Below, one piece after another: positions 49,485-62,052 of a stretch of DNA of 64,000 nucleotides. Position numbers and translations under genes: made by a program. Numbering within the stretch: the stretch's first letter is position 1; each line of letters starts with the position of its first letter. A model generated the notes under the pieces. The model worked only from the letters and a program-made list of their open reading frames with translations. It was not told where the DNA came from and searched no databases. This DNA is from Chiloscyllium plagiosum (taxonomy: Eukaryota): NCBI RefSeq assembly GCF_004010195.1, contig NC_057752.1, positions 11,116,211 to 11,180,210 on the forward strand. Direction: 5' to 3'.

Positions 49485-49720
49485 TGAAACAAAAACAGAG
49501 GTTGCTGAAAAAGCTCAGCAGGTCTGGCAGCATCTGTGGAGAGAACTCAATGTTTCTGGTCAAGTGACCATTCCTCAGAAATGATTCTCTGAGGAAGGCT
49601 CACTGGACGCGAACCGTTAACTCTGATTTCTCTCCACAGGTGCTGCCAAATCTGCTGAGTGTTTCCAGCAATTTCTGATTTTTGTTTCTGACTTACAGCA
49701 TCTGCAGTTCTTTTCGGGTT
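49485..49720. mobile_element. Palindromic PLE mini-element (family 4)
   Basis: Inverted arms GTTGCTGAAAAAGCTCAGCAGGTCTGGCAGCATCTGTGGAGAGAA and TTCTCTCCACAGGTGCTGCCAAATCTGCTGAG; - strand CUGAGGA-A-UGGUC-acuu-GACCA-GAAA-CA-UU (49546-49581); + copy decayed. Confidence 0.78.
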
Positions 49721-50085
49721 TTTAAACTTAAATTGCTATTTGTGCCAGCAATTATGACAATTGAGACAATTATGGTATACAATCGATTTTTGGAAAGGAA
49801 CTGAATGATCTCAAGTAATAAATTTACAAGAGTTTATGATGTTTTATGTTAATTTTGGGGTTTTAACAGCTATTTACGGGATCAGCAGTTAATATTTGTA
49901 AGCAGTAAAAGAAAATCTTTGCAAATTAAACAGTTAAAAGAAGAAGCAGAAAGCAAAGGCCCAGATAGTTTGGGGAGAGGGTATGATGCTGAGTAGAAAC
50001 TTGAAAACTCCAGCAATGGGGATACCTGCTGATTGAATTTAAGGACATGATCTTGTTTTTCTTCTGTTTTCTGTTTCCTGTCAAG

Positions 50086-50180
50086 CAGCTGGCCAGGTTG
50101 ACAGACCAGTTCACTGCTGCCAAAGAAAGATTTGAGGGGTGTGGTGGGAACTTTGTGCAGTTGGCCAATCATTGCAAAAG
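50086..50180 (+). CDS. Candidate coding exon ((Q)LARLTDQFTAAKERFEGCGGNFVQLANHCK)
   Basis: Long pyrimidine tract, NAGNAG acceptor AAG/CAG (50085/50088), donor AAG|GTTTGT; phase 0 to 2, compatible with the previous exon. Confidence 0.5.
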
Positions 50181-50394
50181 GTTTGTTTGTGGAGTCAGGT
50201 GGGCAGAGTGGGGTGGATGGGTCTCTCGGTCTTCCTGGCCCAGAAACAATACTATGAATAGCAGGGAATTGCTGGGTGCAGCCATTCTCCCCTTCTCCCT
50301 GCCAAGCTTCCGAGCCCTGAGAAACGCAACTGCTCCGTGCTAAACTTAAATCGTCGCCAAAATATTAGTAATGGAGCTTCACACCCGCACTGGC

Positions 50395-51000
50395 CAGAAC
50401 ATTGAGTGCTGGAGTTGGGACGTCATGTGGCAGTTGTACAGGGCATTGGTGAGGCCACTTTTGGAATACTCTGTACAATTCTGGTCGCCCTTCCGTGGGA
50501 AAGATGTTGTTAAACTTGAGAGTGCGGAAAGGATGTACAAAATGTTGCCAGGATTGGAGGTTTTGAGCTAAGAGGAGAGGGTGAACAGGCTCGAGCTACT
50601 TTCCCTGGAGTATCAGAGGCTGAAGGGTGACCTTCTAGAGGTTTATAAAATCATGATGGACATGGATACAGTGAATAGCCAACGTCCTTTTCTTAGGATG
50701 GGAGGGTCCAGAACTGGAGGGCATAGGTTTAGGATGAGCGGGGAAGTTTTAAATAGGACCTAGGGGCAACCTTTTCACACACAGGGTGGTGCGTGTATGG
50801 AACGATCTGCCAGAGGAAGTGGTGGAGGCTGGTACAATTGCACCATTTAAAAGACATCTGGATGGGTATGTGAATAGGAAGAGATTATAGGCATATGGGC
50901 CCAATGCTGGCAAATAAGACTAGGTCAGATTGGGTTTCTGGATGGCGCAGATTTCTGGATCAAAGGGTCTGTTTCTGTGCTGTATGAATCTATAACTCCA
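50395..51000 (+). mobile_element. CR1 3' fragment
   Basis: LVRPLLEYSVQFWSP, RLKGDLLEVYKIM. Confidence 0.9.
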
Positions 51001-51859
51001 CAACTTGCATACAACTATAGACCCACCTCTCCAGAGCAGGTAACTTGATTATGTCTGATATACACAGGCTTGTTTGTATCAGATCAAGGCTGGGATTTGC
51101 AAATCATCTGATTTTTAAAACCCCACTCTGTCCAAAATGGAAAGAAAAGCTTTTTTTAAAAAAAAACAGTAATATTTGGAAATGGTCACAATGATCATAT
51201 TCAAACATAAAGAAGGTGAGTCAGACCAGTGATATCATTTGCCAGTTTTACTCGTATTTTCTCATAAATCGTCCTATTCAGAGATGTTATTACATACCTC
51301 TGGAAAAGTTGGGACTTGAACCCAGGCCTCCTGGCTCAGAGGCAGGGACAAATTCCCCCAATGCTGCCTGCATACAGGATCCCTTTCTTATCACATGGCT
51401 TATGAAGCATGAAAATCACAAAACCAGAATAAAAGAATGAAATAGCATGGATGCTGGCACTTTGAGGGCATTGAAGCACCGACGGGTATGATGCCCTGCT
51501 ACAATTTTGAACTGAACAAAGCATGTTTTATTCATGACTGAAAAATTGCTTTCTTTTTGTTGCATTCTGTTGTATTCTATTCACTAAAGTTAGGTCCAAT
51601 ATGAACTTCCCTTTCTTTCCAATATTTCAAGCTAGCACTTAAAGATATTGAGTTATAGAAAAATTGATTTGTAATATACAGCATGTATAAATTGGGTTAG
51701 TTAGTGTAATACATTCTCCCTAATGAATAATAACTATAATGCTAAGTTTCATGAAAATGCAACTTGATATTTTAGAATTATAGGAGAAAGCTTGGTTACA
51801 AAACAGACTAACATCCATACAAACTTTTTATTAATTAAAATAAATCTTTAAGATCTTCT

Positions 51860-52250
51860 AGAATCATAGAATCCCTACAGTGTGGAAACAGGCCATTTGG
51901 CCCAACAAGTCCACACCGACCCTCCCAGAGTATCCCACCCAGACCCATTCCATTATGGGCGGCACGGTGGCACAGTGGTTAGCACTGCTGCCTCTCAGGT
52001 GGGTTACGCTTCGGCGGGTCGGTGTGGACTTGTTGGGCCGAAGGGCCTGTTTCCACACTAAGTAATCTAATCTAATCTAATTACCGTATTACTCTACATT
52101 TACCCCTGACTAATGTACCTAACCTACACATCCCTGAACACTATGGAGCAATTTACCAATTCACTTAACCTGCACATCTTTGGACTGTGGTAGGAAACCG
52201 GAGCAAACCCACACAGAGGCCGGAATCAAACCCAAGTCCCTGGTGCTGCT
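51860..52250 (-). mobile_element. HE1 SINE (-) containing an internally deleted HE1 (+) at about 51957-52081
   Basis: Inner copy joins the head (..GCTGCCTCTCA) directly to the tail (GGTGGGTTACGC..TAATCTAATC). Confidence 0.85.
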
Positions 52251-52274
52251 GCTGTCAGAAAACACATGGTTTTA

Positions 52275-52580
52275 TAGAGGTGAGGTGAGAGTGATTGCCC
52301 TTGACATCAAGATGACATCTAATTCATGTACAGCATTAAGGAATCCTAGGAAAACTGAAAGTCATTGTGAATAAGGGGAAAAACTCTCTGCTCATTCTGG
52401 TCATACCGAGCACAAAGGAAGATGTTATGGTTGTTGAAGGTCAGTTATCTCAGCTCCAGGACATCTCTGCAGGAGTTCCTCAGGGTAGTATCCTAGGCCC
52501 AACCATCTTCAGCTGCTTCATCATCCCACTCACCCTCCATTATGTAAGAAAGCGAGATGTCCACTGATGATCGCACAATG
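52275..52580 (+). mobile_element. LINE family B RT fragment
   Basis: QDISAGVPQGSILGPTIFSCFI. Confidence 0.85.
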
Positions 52581-52599
52581 TTTGTTTTTATTCTTTTCA

Positions 52600-53190
52600 G
52601 TGTATGCTGCAAATCAGAAACAAAAATGTAAATTACTAGAAAAACTGAGCAAGTCGGGCAACATCTGTGGAGAGAAAGCAGAGTTAATCTTTCGGGTCCA
52701 GTAACCCCTATTCAGAACTGAGTGTAGCTCGGAAAAGGTGTATATTTCTGCTAAAGGTGAGGTAGGGGAGAGGGAGGGGCAAATGCTTGGTGAAGATGAT
52801 GCCCAGAGAGAGAGAGAAAACAATAATTGGACAGATAAAAGAATAGGTTACAGTCAGCCTGGGGGAATCAGTAGCTGCTGATGGGAACCAGTGGTTTGTA
52901 TGTGCTAGCAGCCAATGTAATTACAAGGCCTGGTGTGTGGGGTGGGGGTAAGAACATGGGAAAAGCACTAAGGTGGTCAAATTATTGAACTCGATAATAA
53001 GTCCCAAAGGCTGCAGAATTCCTTTGCAGAAAATAAGATATTCTTCCAGCTGGCACTGAGTTTCACTGGAGCACTGTAGCAAGCCCGACACAGGCCAGGG
53101 AACATGGCAGCGTATTGAAATGGCAGCCAACTGGAAGCTCAGGGTAATCTTTGCAGCAGATAGTAGGTGTTATGCAAAGCGGTTGCCCAG
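52600..53190 (-). mobile_element. PLE family 4 3' region
   Basis: Minus ORF LEEYLIFCKGILQPLGLIIEFNN (PLE C-terminus); decayed hammerhead at about 52683-52718. Confidence 0.75.
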
Positions 53191-54934
53191 TTCACTTTAC
53201 TTGTCAAAACAGGTGCCCTGCTGAGGTGACACCTATTTTTGGCTTGGGCTTTCAGCTAGGAAAACATGATGAGGTCAGGTGGAAATTCAGTTCATGCAGC
53301 CAGGTCCCCCTATCCCTGTTAACTATACCACAAAGTACACAGTACCTCTTCCTGTTCCTTCTGTCAAAATGAATCACCTCAGATCTTTCTATTAAGTTTA
53401 AAATAATTAACTTAATTTAAAACTTAAAACTTAATTTTCAAAAATTGACTTTCTTCTACCTATTCTAGTTTATCTATATTGTATTGCAGTCAACTACTAT
53501 CATTCTCATTTTCTGTCACGGTTACTTTTGAATAATCAGCGAATTTTGAAATTTCACATTATATTCCAGTATCCAGGTCATTTATATATAGTTAGAAAAG
53601 CTGTAATGCTCACAACTCATCCTAGTTCCTTGGGGAAAACCACTATCTGTATTACTCCAGTTTGGAAAATAACCACTAACCACGGTTTTACTGCCTTCCA
53701 TTCTTCAGCAAATTTTATTTATCCTAATTGATACAACCTTATTCCGTGAGCCAGAGGTTTTATTAACAGGCTTTTATCTGATATCTTGTCATCATTTCCA
53801 TATAGGGAACATCCAGCATTTCCATCATCAACCTTCCTATTAGTCAAGCACTGTCATTTTTTTTAACAAATCTGTGTTGGCTCTCCTTAATCAACTCAAA
53901 TTTGTCCAAATGCCTGTTGATTTTCTTTTCCCCTGATGAGTGTTTCGAAAATGTCACACTTTCAACTGACTGACCCACAGTTACTAGAAATTTCCTTCCA
54001 AAGTTTCTTCAATAAGGCTGTCAAGTTTATCACTCACCAATCTTTTGGAACTTCCCAGTATCTAGGGAAATTTGAAAGATTATTTTAAGTCCTTCCACTA
54101 TCTTCACCACTTCCTTTAACAACATGGAGTGTAAGCCAACTGGACCAGGCAACGTAGCCTGCTTACTAATATATCCTTGCAATTTATTTTCACCTCATCC
54201 ATTACCTCCATTATCTCTGTTTCGAACGACTTTTATTAGCATCCTGAATTCCTTGCTGTCAACCTCCACTGCAGCATGGAATAACATCTGCAGTTTAAGC
54301 ACAGAGCTCTGATGAGAAACAAGAGGAGCAGTCACAACACCCAGCAATTGCTGATCTGGTCCGAAGCAAATTTCCCTCCATTATCTGCCAGAAATGTTGT
54401 TTGTGGTGCACATCTAGTCCCTATCCAATTCTGCATGAAGTTGTCTATTGATATTTGGTTTGTTCATTAGGCAATAATGATGAGTATTTCTTTGCAAGTA
54501 ATGGTGAAGGAATCAGGTGGCAATATAGAGAAGGTGAATTAATATTTTGTTTTTTTAAGTTTCTTATGTCAGACACCTATATAAATTGTAAGCAAGAATC
54601 TATCCCACAAACCTAGTATAAGATGTTATGTTCCACGTCTAATGGAAAATGTGCAGCACGTACATTTGTTTTGATCCTAGAAATGCATTTGAATATTGTG
54701 AGCATTAACCTTCCTCAGTACCAATAACTTGCATTAATATATTTTTGATATGGCAAAAAGACTTCCAGGCATTTGACAGGAACATTGTCAGAAGGAAAAG
54801 TGATCCTGTATCGAAGCACAATTAGTACCAGGCATAATTGTTCAAAAGCATACATGCTGCTGTGCTGCAGCATCAAAGTCCAGTGAAGTGTTTCAGGGAA
54901 TTTAAAAAAAAGTCTTGGAAAATGGATATTCTTG

Positions 54935-55465
54935 CCAATTTATTATTCATCCCTAGATGCCCCTAAGAAGGTGGTGGCATAATGAATAAAACCACAGCTA
55001 TTTGTTTGTTGACAGTGTTTCCACAATGTTTTTTTAAAATCTCATTCATGGGATGTGGGCATCACTGGCTTGCCAGCGTTTATTGCCCGTCTCTAGGTGT
55101 CCTTGAGAAAGTGGAGGTGAACTGCCTTCTTGTCCATCTGCTGTAGGTTAACCCACAATGCTCTTAGGGAGGGAATTCCAGGATTTTGACCCAGCGACAG
55201 TGAAGGAACGGTGATATATTCCCAAGTCAGGATGGTGAGGGGCTTGGGGAGCTTGCAGGGGGTGGTGTTCTTGTGTATCTACTGCCCTTTTGTCCTTTTG
55301 GATGAAAGTGGTTGTGGGTTTGGAAGGTGCTGTCTGAGGATCTTTGGTGAATTCCTCCAGTGCATCTTGTAGATGGTACACATTGTTACTGAGCATCAGT
55401 GGTTGAGGGAGTGGATACTTGATGCCAGTCAAGTGAGCTGCTTTGTCCTGGATGGTGTCAATGAG
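54935..55465 (-). mobile_element. LINE family B 3' ends
   Basis: Minus ORF DTIQDKAAHL..SFTVAGSKSWNSLP. Confidence 0.82.
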
Positions 55466-56013
55466 CAAGGAATGGTAATATGTCCAACTCAAGATGGTGT
55501 GTGACTGATGAGTGATGGAATATCAACGCACCTGCTGCACTTGGCCTTCTGGAGTAGAAGTTGTGGTGGAAGGTAGTACTGAAAAAGCCATGGTGACTCA
55601 ATTAGCATATCCTTTAGATAACACAGTCGTGGGGGGCAAAGTCCATGTTTAAGCTGGTCGATCACAAAATTGTTTCAGCAGAAAAGAAGTCACTTGCCCC
55701 ATGTCTGTGCTGGGTTTAAAAAGAACAGTTGACCTAATGCCACTCTATAATATTCAGATCATAATCCAGTTTCCTCTTGAATGCTTTGATTGAATCTGCC
55801 TCCACTGCTGTGAGTGAAAACGCTTTCCTCTTGTCACTATTGCTGCTTTTGCTGATTACCACAAATCCGTGCTCTCTTATTCCCAATCCTTCTATCAATG
55901 TGAACAGTTTCTCTACTTTGTCCAGCTCTTCGTGCTTTTGAATATTTATCATCTGATCTTCTCCCAACTCTCTCGTCTCCAAGGAAAATAGTCTCAGCTT
56001 CTTTCTATCCACA

Positions 56014-57275
56014 TTGATGAGGGCAGAGCAGTGGATGTGATCTATCTGGACTTCAGTAAGGCATTCAACAAGGTTCCTCATGGTAGACTGGTTAGCAAGG
56101 TTAGATCACTCAGAAAAGAGAGAGAACTAGCCATTTGGAGACAGAACTGACTTGAAGGTAGAAGACAGTGGTGGTGGAGGGTTGCTTTTCAGACTGGAGG
56201 CCTATGATTAGTGGTGCATCACAAAGGTTGGTGCTGGATCCACTGCTTTTTGTCATTTAATTAAATGATTTTGGATGTCAATGTAGGAGGTGTGGTTAGT
56301 AAGTTTGCAGATGACACCAAAATTGGAGGTGTAGTGGACAGTGAAGACGTTTACCTCGGAGTACAGCAGGATATTGATCAGATGGGCTAATGAGCTGAGG
56401 AGTAGAAGATTGAGTTTAACTTAAATAAATGCGAGGTGCTGCATTTTAGAAAGGCAAATCAGGGGCAGGACTTATACACTTAATGGTAAAGTCCTGGGAA
56501 ATGTTGCTGAACAAAGAGACCTTGGAGTGCAGGTTCATAGTTCCTTGAAAGTGGAGTTGCAGGTAGATAGGATAGTGAAGAAGGCATTTGGTATGTTTTC
56601 CTTTATTGGTCAGAGCATTGAATATAGGAGTTGGGAAATCATGTTGCGGCTGTACAGGACATTGGTTAGGCCACTGTTGGAATACTGTGTGCAATTCTGG
56701 TCTCCCCCCTATAGGAAGGATGTTGGGAAACTCAAAAGGGTTGAGAAAAGATTTACAAGGATGTTACCAGGGTTGGAGGGTTTGAACTATAAGGAGAAGC
56801 TGAGTAGGTTGAGGCTATTTTCCCTGGATCGTCGGAGGCTGAGGGGTGGCCTTATAGAGGTTTATAACATCATGAGGGGCATGGATAGGGTAAACAGACA
56901 GGGTCTTTTCCTTGGGGTGGGGGAGTCCAGAATGAGAGGCATAGGTTTAGGGTGAGAGGGGAAAGATATAAAAGGGACCTAAGGGGCTGCTTTTTCACAC
57001 AGAGGGTGGTGCGTGTATGGAATGAGCTGCCAGGGGAAGTGGTGGAGGCTGATACACCAATCCAGATGCCTTCTCAATGTTGTAATTGTATGAATATATT
57101 ATTTTAGATTAGATTCCCTACAGTATGGAAACTGTAGGGAATCTAATTCCTACCCAAATAGGAAAATATGGGCCAAATGCTGGCAAATGGGACTAGTTTT
57201 ATTTAGAATATCTAGTTGGCTTGGATGATTAGGACCAAAGGGTCTGTTTCCATGCAGTATATGCCTATGACTCTG
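56014..57275 (+). mobile_element. CR1 (HER1-like) RT to 3' end
   Basis: VDVIYLDFSKAF, SKFADDTKIGG, LVRPLLEYCVQFWSP. Confidence 0.93.
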
Positions 57276-59594
57276 ACTTGATAACCCTTTTGATCTTACA
57301 ATGTATTACTATGGAAAACCTGAATCCAGAATCTATAAAATGTAAGACAAATATTTCTGCCCCAAACACCTTTAGATCCATGACAATGACATTGTTAAAG
57401 TCTCAAATCAGTGGAAGGCTTACGATAAGATGTAGTGGGAATGTCCACTTCTCATTACAGATCTCACACTTTTCACCAATCTCCTCTAAACCATTTATGC
57501 TTCTCACCACACTGGTAATTTTGGTCGTATTTTTTTGCCTTTGACAAGTAGGATAAGCAAATTGTCCTTATAGCATTACCAATGGTCTTTTTTCTTGTCT
57601 GAGAAACAGTAGGTTTTCTTAAAGGAATACAAAATACCCTGACTTGATAAATTGCAAATCCACCAAAAATAATTGACACATTAAATATTGTTTATATATA
57701 ACTAACAGTATTCTACATTCCAGTGGACCGGGGGACGCACGTAGCCAGAGGCCACCAAGCTGACCTGTCACTGGAGACCACCTTCCTCCTTCTGTGCCCT
57801 AACATTTCTACGATTCTTTGAGATTGCTCGTGCTTTTAGATTATCAGAAAATTAAGGAATAGTGTTTGAAAGTGGAGTTGAGATAGAAGATGGTCGTGAT
57901 CGTAATGAATAATGCAACAGACTTGAAGGTCCAAATGGCCTACCCCTGCTTTGAATTCTTAGGTTCTTATGACCTTCAAGGTGCCTCCGTGAGATCATAA
58001 AAATAGAGGGGGTTTTACTTAGCTGAAGAACTGGAGGGGCAATGTCTGCAATCCTTGCATAAAGGGCAACTCCGAGAGATTTTTGGGCCTCCTTTGAGCT
58101 AAATTATTTTAAAAGCATCCAGTAAACCCTGGAGTACAGCAAAATCCTATTTCTTTCATCAGATCAAAGGAGGAATTGAGAATGATGAACATTTCATCTG
58201 GCATGCTACATTGTCATAGAAATGTGTAGAGTTTCAGGGAGATTCTGTGGTATTAGCTTATCTGGGTGCTGAGAGAGTTAATTGCAGCTTGGACATGACG
58301 TGTATAGTTTGCTGTTCACGGAGAGAAAATAGCCAAAGTGAAAAAAGTTAGTGAGGTTTGCATTGTAAGCAGAGAAAAAGTTGACTTCATTATTCACCGC
58401 AAGGAATACGGGTAGGGCTTAATTTCAGTTTATAAGGGAACAGAAGCTGGATTAATGCCTAATTTAAAGCTAGAAGAAAATCCTTCACTGGCCCTTTACA
58501 GAGTCTTGTATCAAAAGAAAGCAAATCAGATTACATTGGAAATATTGAACAAATAACTAGGACGAGGGACTGAGGTGTCCACAGTCAAGAAATAAGAAAA
58601 TAAAGTCTTACCTCTGAGGTGAATAGGAAGGGTTTGGAGGGATATGGGCTGGGTCCTGGCAGGTGGGACTAGATTAGGTTGGGATAACTGGTTGGCATGG
58701 ATGGGTTGGACCAAAGGGTCTATTTCTGTGCTGTACATCTCTATGACTCTATAAGTAGTTTCCAGAGGACTCTGGGATTTTGGGCGATCGCTACAGAAGT
58801 AAATAACTTCAAGATATTGTAAAGTCTAAGAGAATTATTGGGAGAAAAATAAATAAAGCTGAGTGCATAATCCATGTAGTTATAAGTCATATTAACTTTT
58901 TAATGGTGCTAATTTTAGAGACAGTAAGGTTTGTTTTTGTTTAAAAATGTGAAATCATGTGGCATAGTTCTGTCAGTTAAATTGCTGGTGCTTGGATTTT
59001 ACTTGAAATATTAATGGTCCGTAACCCAGATGATACACCACCTGCTTTGTTCAAAAAGCTGACCTCTTCCTTCCATCCTTGGCAAACATCACCTCATTTC
59101 AGATCCTTCGGCCCTGCGGCTGGAATACAAGCTGTCACGTGTAAGTGGGGTGGGGGCAATCTACTGCAAGCAGGCCTCCTTTCGAGTACTGTGATTCCTG
59201 CAGCTTCAGCAAGCAATGTCCAGTTCTGGTGCTCTAAGCCCTGCTACGATCCCCCCCTTTGACAGATTGCCCTATTGTGATTGGTCCTGGATGCGGGACC
59301 AAATAAAAGCAGGATACAAAGTTTCTAGATAATTTTAAGAGCCACAACAAAGCCCACCACAATTACAATGTTGTTGACCTGCTACCACATTCCATGCTGA
59401 GTGCGGGTCTGTTTCTCTTAAGTTCTGTCCCGGAATGTTTCTGCGGAACTATAATACCTTTGGGACATCTTAATATATATTTTTAGCTAGCCTTCTTTCA
59501 TACTCTACTTTCTTTTATTATTATTTTCTTCATTCTTTGCTATCTTTTATATATTTTCTTCACTCTTTCCTGGCTTCTGAGTAGTACTGGAATT

Positions 59595-59915
59595 TGTTGC
59601 CCATCCCTGATTGCCCTTGTACCTCAAGAGCTTGCTAAACCACGTCAGAGAGCAGTTAAGAGTCAGCTGCATTGCTGTGTGTATGGAGTTAGATGGAGGT
59701 CAGACCAGGTAAATACAGCAGGTTTTTTCTTCCTTCCTGGGATTTAATGAACCAGATGGGTTATTATGACAATTGTTGATAGTTGTTATGGTTACCACAC
59801 CAGTTTATATTCCAAGTTGTGTAATTGGATTCAAATACCACCCGCTGCTGTGGAGAGCATTCACTTGGACCTCTGGATTACTTGTCCAATGACATTACCG
59901 CCATGCCACCATCTT
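59595..59915 (-). mobile_element. tRNA-headed SINE with a family B LINE tail
   Basis: Minus strand TGGTGGCATGGCGGTAATGTCATTGGAC head and GGGCAATCAGGGATGGGCAAC tail; related copies at about 63105-63300 (-) and 14990-15190 (+). Confidence 0.6.
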
Positions 59916-59929
59916 CCCATACCTGTCCA

Positions 59930-61050
59930 ATCTTCTGACCTGCCATAATCTTTCTTCAATTTGACACCATCTTTAAATTTCTTAGCCATGGATGGTGTAT
60001 CCTTTCCCTGGATTCTTTGTTTCTCATTACAATGAATCTATGCTGAGTGTTTTAAAATAAGTTTTCAAGTATGCTGCTGACCCATCCCTTCATCTCATGT
60101 CCCAGTTCACTTACTCCAGTGTTATTTTCATACCCTCATAATTTCCTTATTTAAATTTAACACATTAATATTAGATCCACTCTTCCTCAAACTGAAAACA
60201 AAATTCAATCATGTTATGCTCATTCCTACCTAAGCGTACCATTACTATGAGGTAATTACTTAATCTTGTCTCATTGCATGTTACCATGTTATAGAATAAC
60301 CTGCTGTGTGGTAGGTTGTACCATTTGATGCTTTAAGAAATTGTCCGAAAATGCTCCATGAACTCACCCTCCAGGTTACCTCTGCCAATTGGATTCAGCC
60401 AATCTATATGTAGATAAAGATTACCCATGATTCTTGCCTCCAGCTTTTCACAAGCTTCCATTATTTCTACTTGTATATCCTGTCCTACAGTGTGATTAGT
60501 GACTTCCGACTTTTACTATTTCTTATCTCAACCCATACTGATTCTACATCTTGATCTTTAAAACCAAGGCCATCTCTCTCTGTTATATTAATGTAATGCT
60601 TATTAACAGAGCTACTCCATCACCTTTTCTCAAGCTTTCAGTTATTCCAAAATGTCATGTACACCAAGAATATTGAAATCCAGTGTTTGTCACATTGCAG
60701 TCATGTCTGTGTAATGGCAATCAGACAGTACGCATTATTTCTATTTTGCTGTCAATTAATCTGTTCTACCTGCATTCAGATTCAGATCCTTTCACTCTCT
60801 TCTTGCCATTTTTTGCAATCCTTGGTTGGATCTGTTGGCATAGTTTTTGTACACTCTGTCCTTTCCTGCCATGTTTTGATAATCAATTCCCTTTATTGCT
60901 ACCTTGCTCAGTTGCCTTATTTCCTCTCCTAATTTGTTACATCTTCCTCCTCAAGCTGAATGCTAAATTCAATCATGATGTGATGATTCCTCCCTAAGGG
61001 CATCATTGCTAAGAGGTAATTACTTAATCCTTTCTCCCTATCATATCAAG
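59930..61050 (-). mobile_element. Old CR1 endonuclease-region fragment
   Basis: Minus frame CNETRLSNYLIV..LGRNEHNMIEF (SDH motif region). Confidence 0.65.
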
Positions 61051-61304
61051 ATGAGGTTTAGCACAGAGTGCTAAAATATATGGTCCAAATAGTAAAATGG
61101 AAAGAAGACCAGAGTTGAAACTGTGAAAGCTAGGTGCTGCAGGAATTGAGCCTTTGGACCAGTGTTATCCAATCGGATTTTGCTGTTCACCAAACCTGTG
61201 CTGATTATGTCACTATGTTGGTCACATGATACGTGATATATGTAACATTTAAAAGACAAATGCACGATCTTTTGAAAAGATCTTTTGAGTTTTTATTCTT
61301 GCAG

Positions 61305-61398
61305 CAATCAAGCCCAGTACTGTAGCCAGGCAAGAAGCTTCAATAGAGTTTTGGTTCAACAACACAAGTTTGCTGTATACACTCTGAAAGGGTGGTGA
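61305..61398 (+). CDS. Candidate coding exon ((S)NQAQYCSQARSFNRVLVQQHKFAVYTLKGW*)
   Basis: Acceptor tttttattcttgcAG|; open in the phase-2 frame required by the 50086-50180 exon; ends at TGA 61396-61398 or at a weak donor at 61392. Confidence 0.35.
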
Positions 61399-61704
61399 CA
61401 ATCTGTTAACTGAAGTGTTCTGTTGTTGACAGTATGCTCCATTTATTTTCTTCAAGAGTAAACTACTTTATCAGAATTGACATATTAGGAGACTTGGGGA
61501 GGGAAAACAATTGACAGCTTTCCACCAATTATCTTCTGACCTCTGATTCTGTTGCCTCCCATTATAGGAAGGGTTTAGAGGGATATAGGCCAAGTGCTGG
61601 AAAATGGGACTAAATTAATTTAGGATACCTGGTCGGCATGGACAAGTTGAACCAAAGGATCTGTTTCATGTCGTACATCTCTGTGACTCTGTATAGGGTG
61701 TCCA

Positions 61705-62052
61705 GACATAGACAATAGGCAATAGATGCAGGAGTAGGCCATTCTGCCCTTCGAGCCTGCACCACCATTCAATATGATCATGGCTGATCATCCTTAATCA
61801 GTATCCTGTTCCTGCCTTATCTCCATAACCCTTGATCCCACTATCCTTGAGAGCTCTATCCAACTCTTTCTTAAATGAATCCAGAGACTGGGCCTCCACT
61901 GCCCTCTGGGGCAGAGCATTCCACACAGCCACCACTCTCTGGGTGAAGAAGTTTCTCTTCATCTCTGTCCCAAATGGTCTACCCCGTATTTTTAAGCTGT
62001 GTCCTCTGGTCCGGCACTCACCCATCAGCAGAAACATGTTTCCTGCCTCCAG
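61705..62052 (-). mobile_element. CR1 3' end (well preserved)
   Basis: Minus ORF TRGHSLKIRGRPFGTEMKRNFFTQRVVAVWNALP. Confidence 0.92.

Noticed and set aside
54205..54308. Minus-strand exon-like segment SSVLKLQMLFHAAVEV...
   Set aside because: Abuts decayed CR1 sequence, has no partner exons and is antisense to the candidate gene.
57988..59026. Possible solo LTR ending GGTCCGTAAC, interrupted by a CR1 tail at 58618-58752
   Set aside because: No second copy, TSD or clean TG..CA ends visible.
59103..59140. 38-nt micro-exon (tttcAG| ... |GTAAGT)
   Set aside because: Would shift the frame between the 50.1-kb and 61.3-kb exons; no support.
50119..61392. Loose resemblance of the candidate peptide to KXD1 (RFE..N..R-x-LV..TLKG, from memory)
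   Set aside because: Identity is far too low for a conserved vertebrate gene; no symbol assigned.
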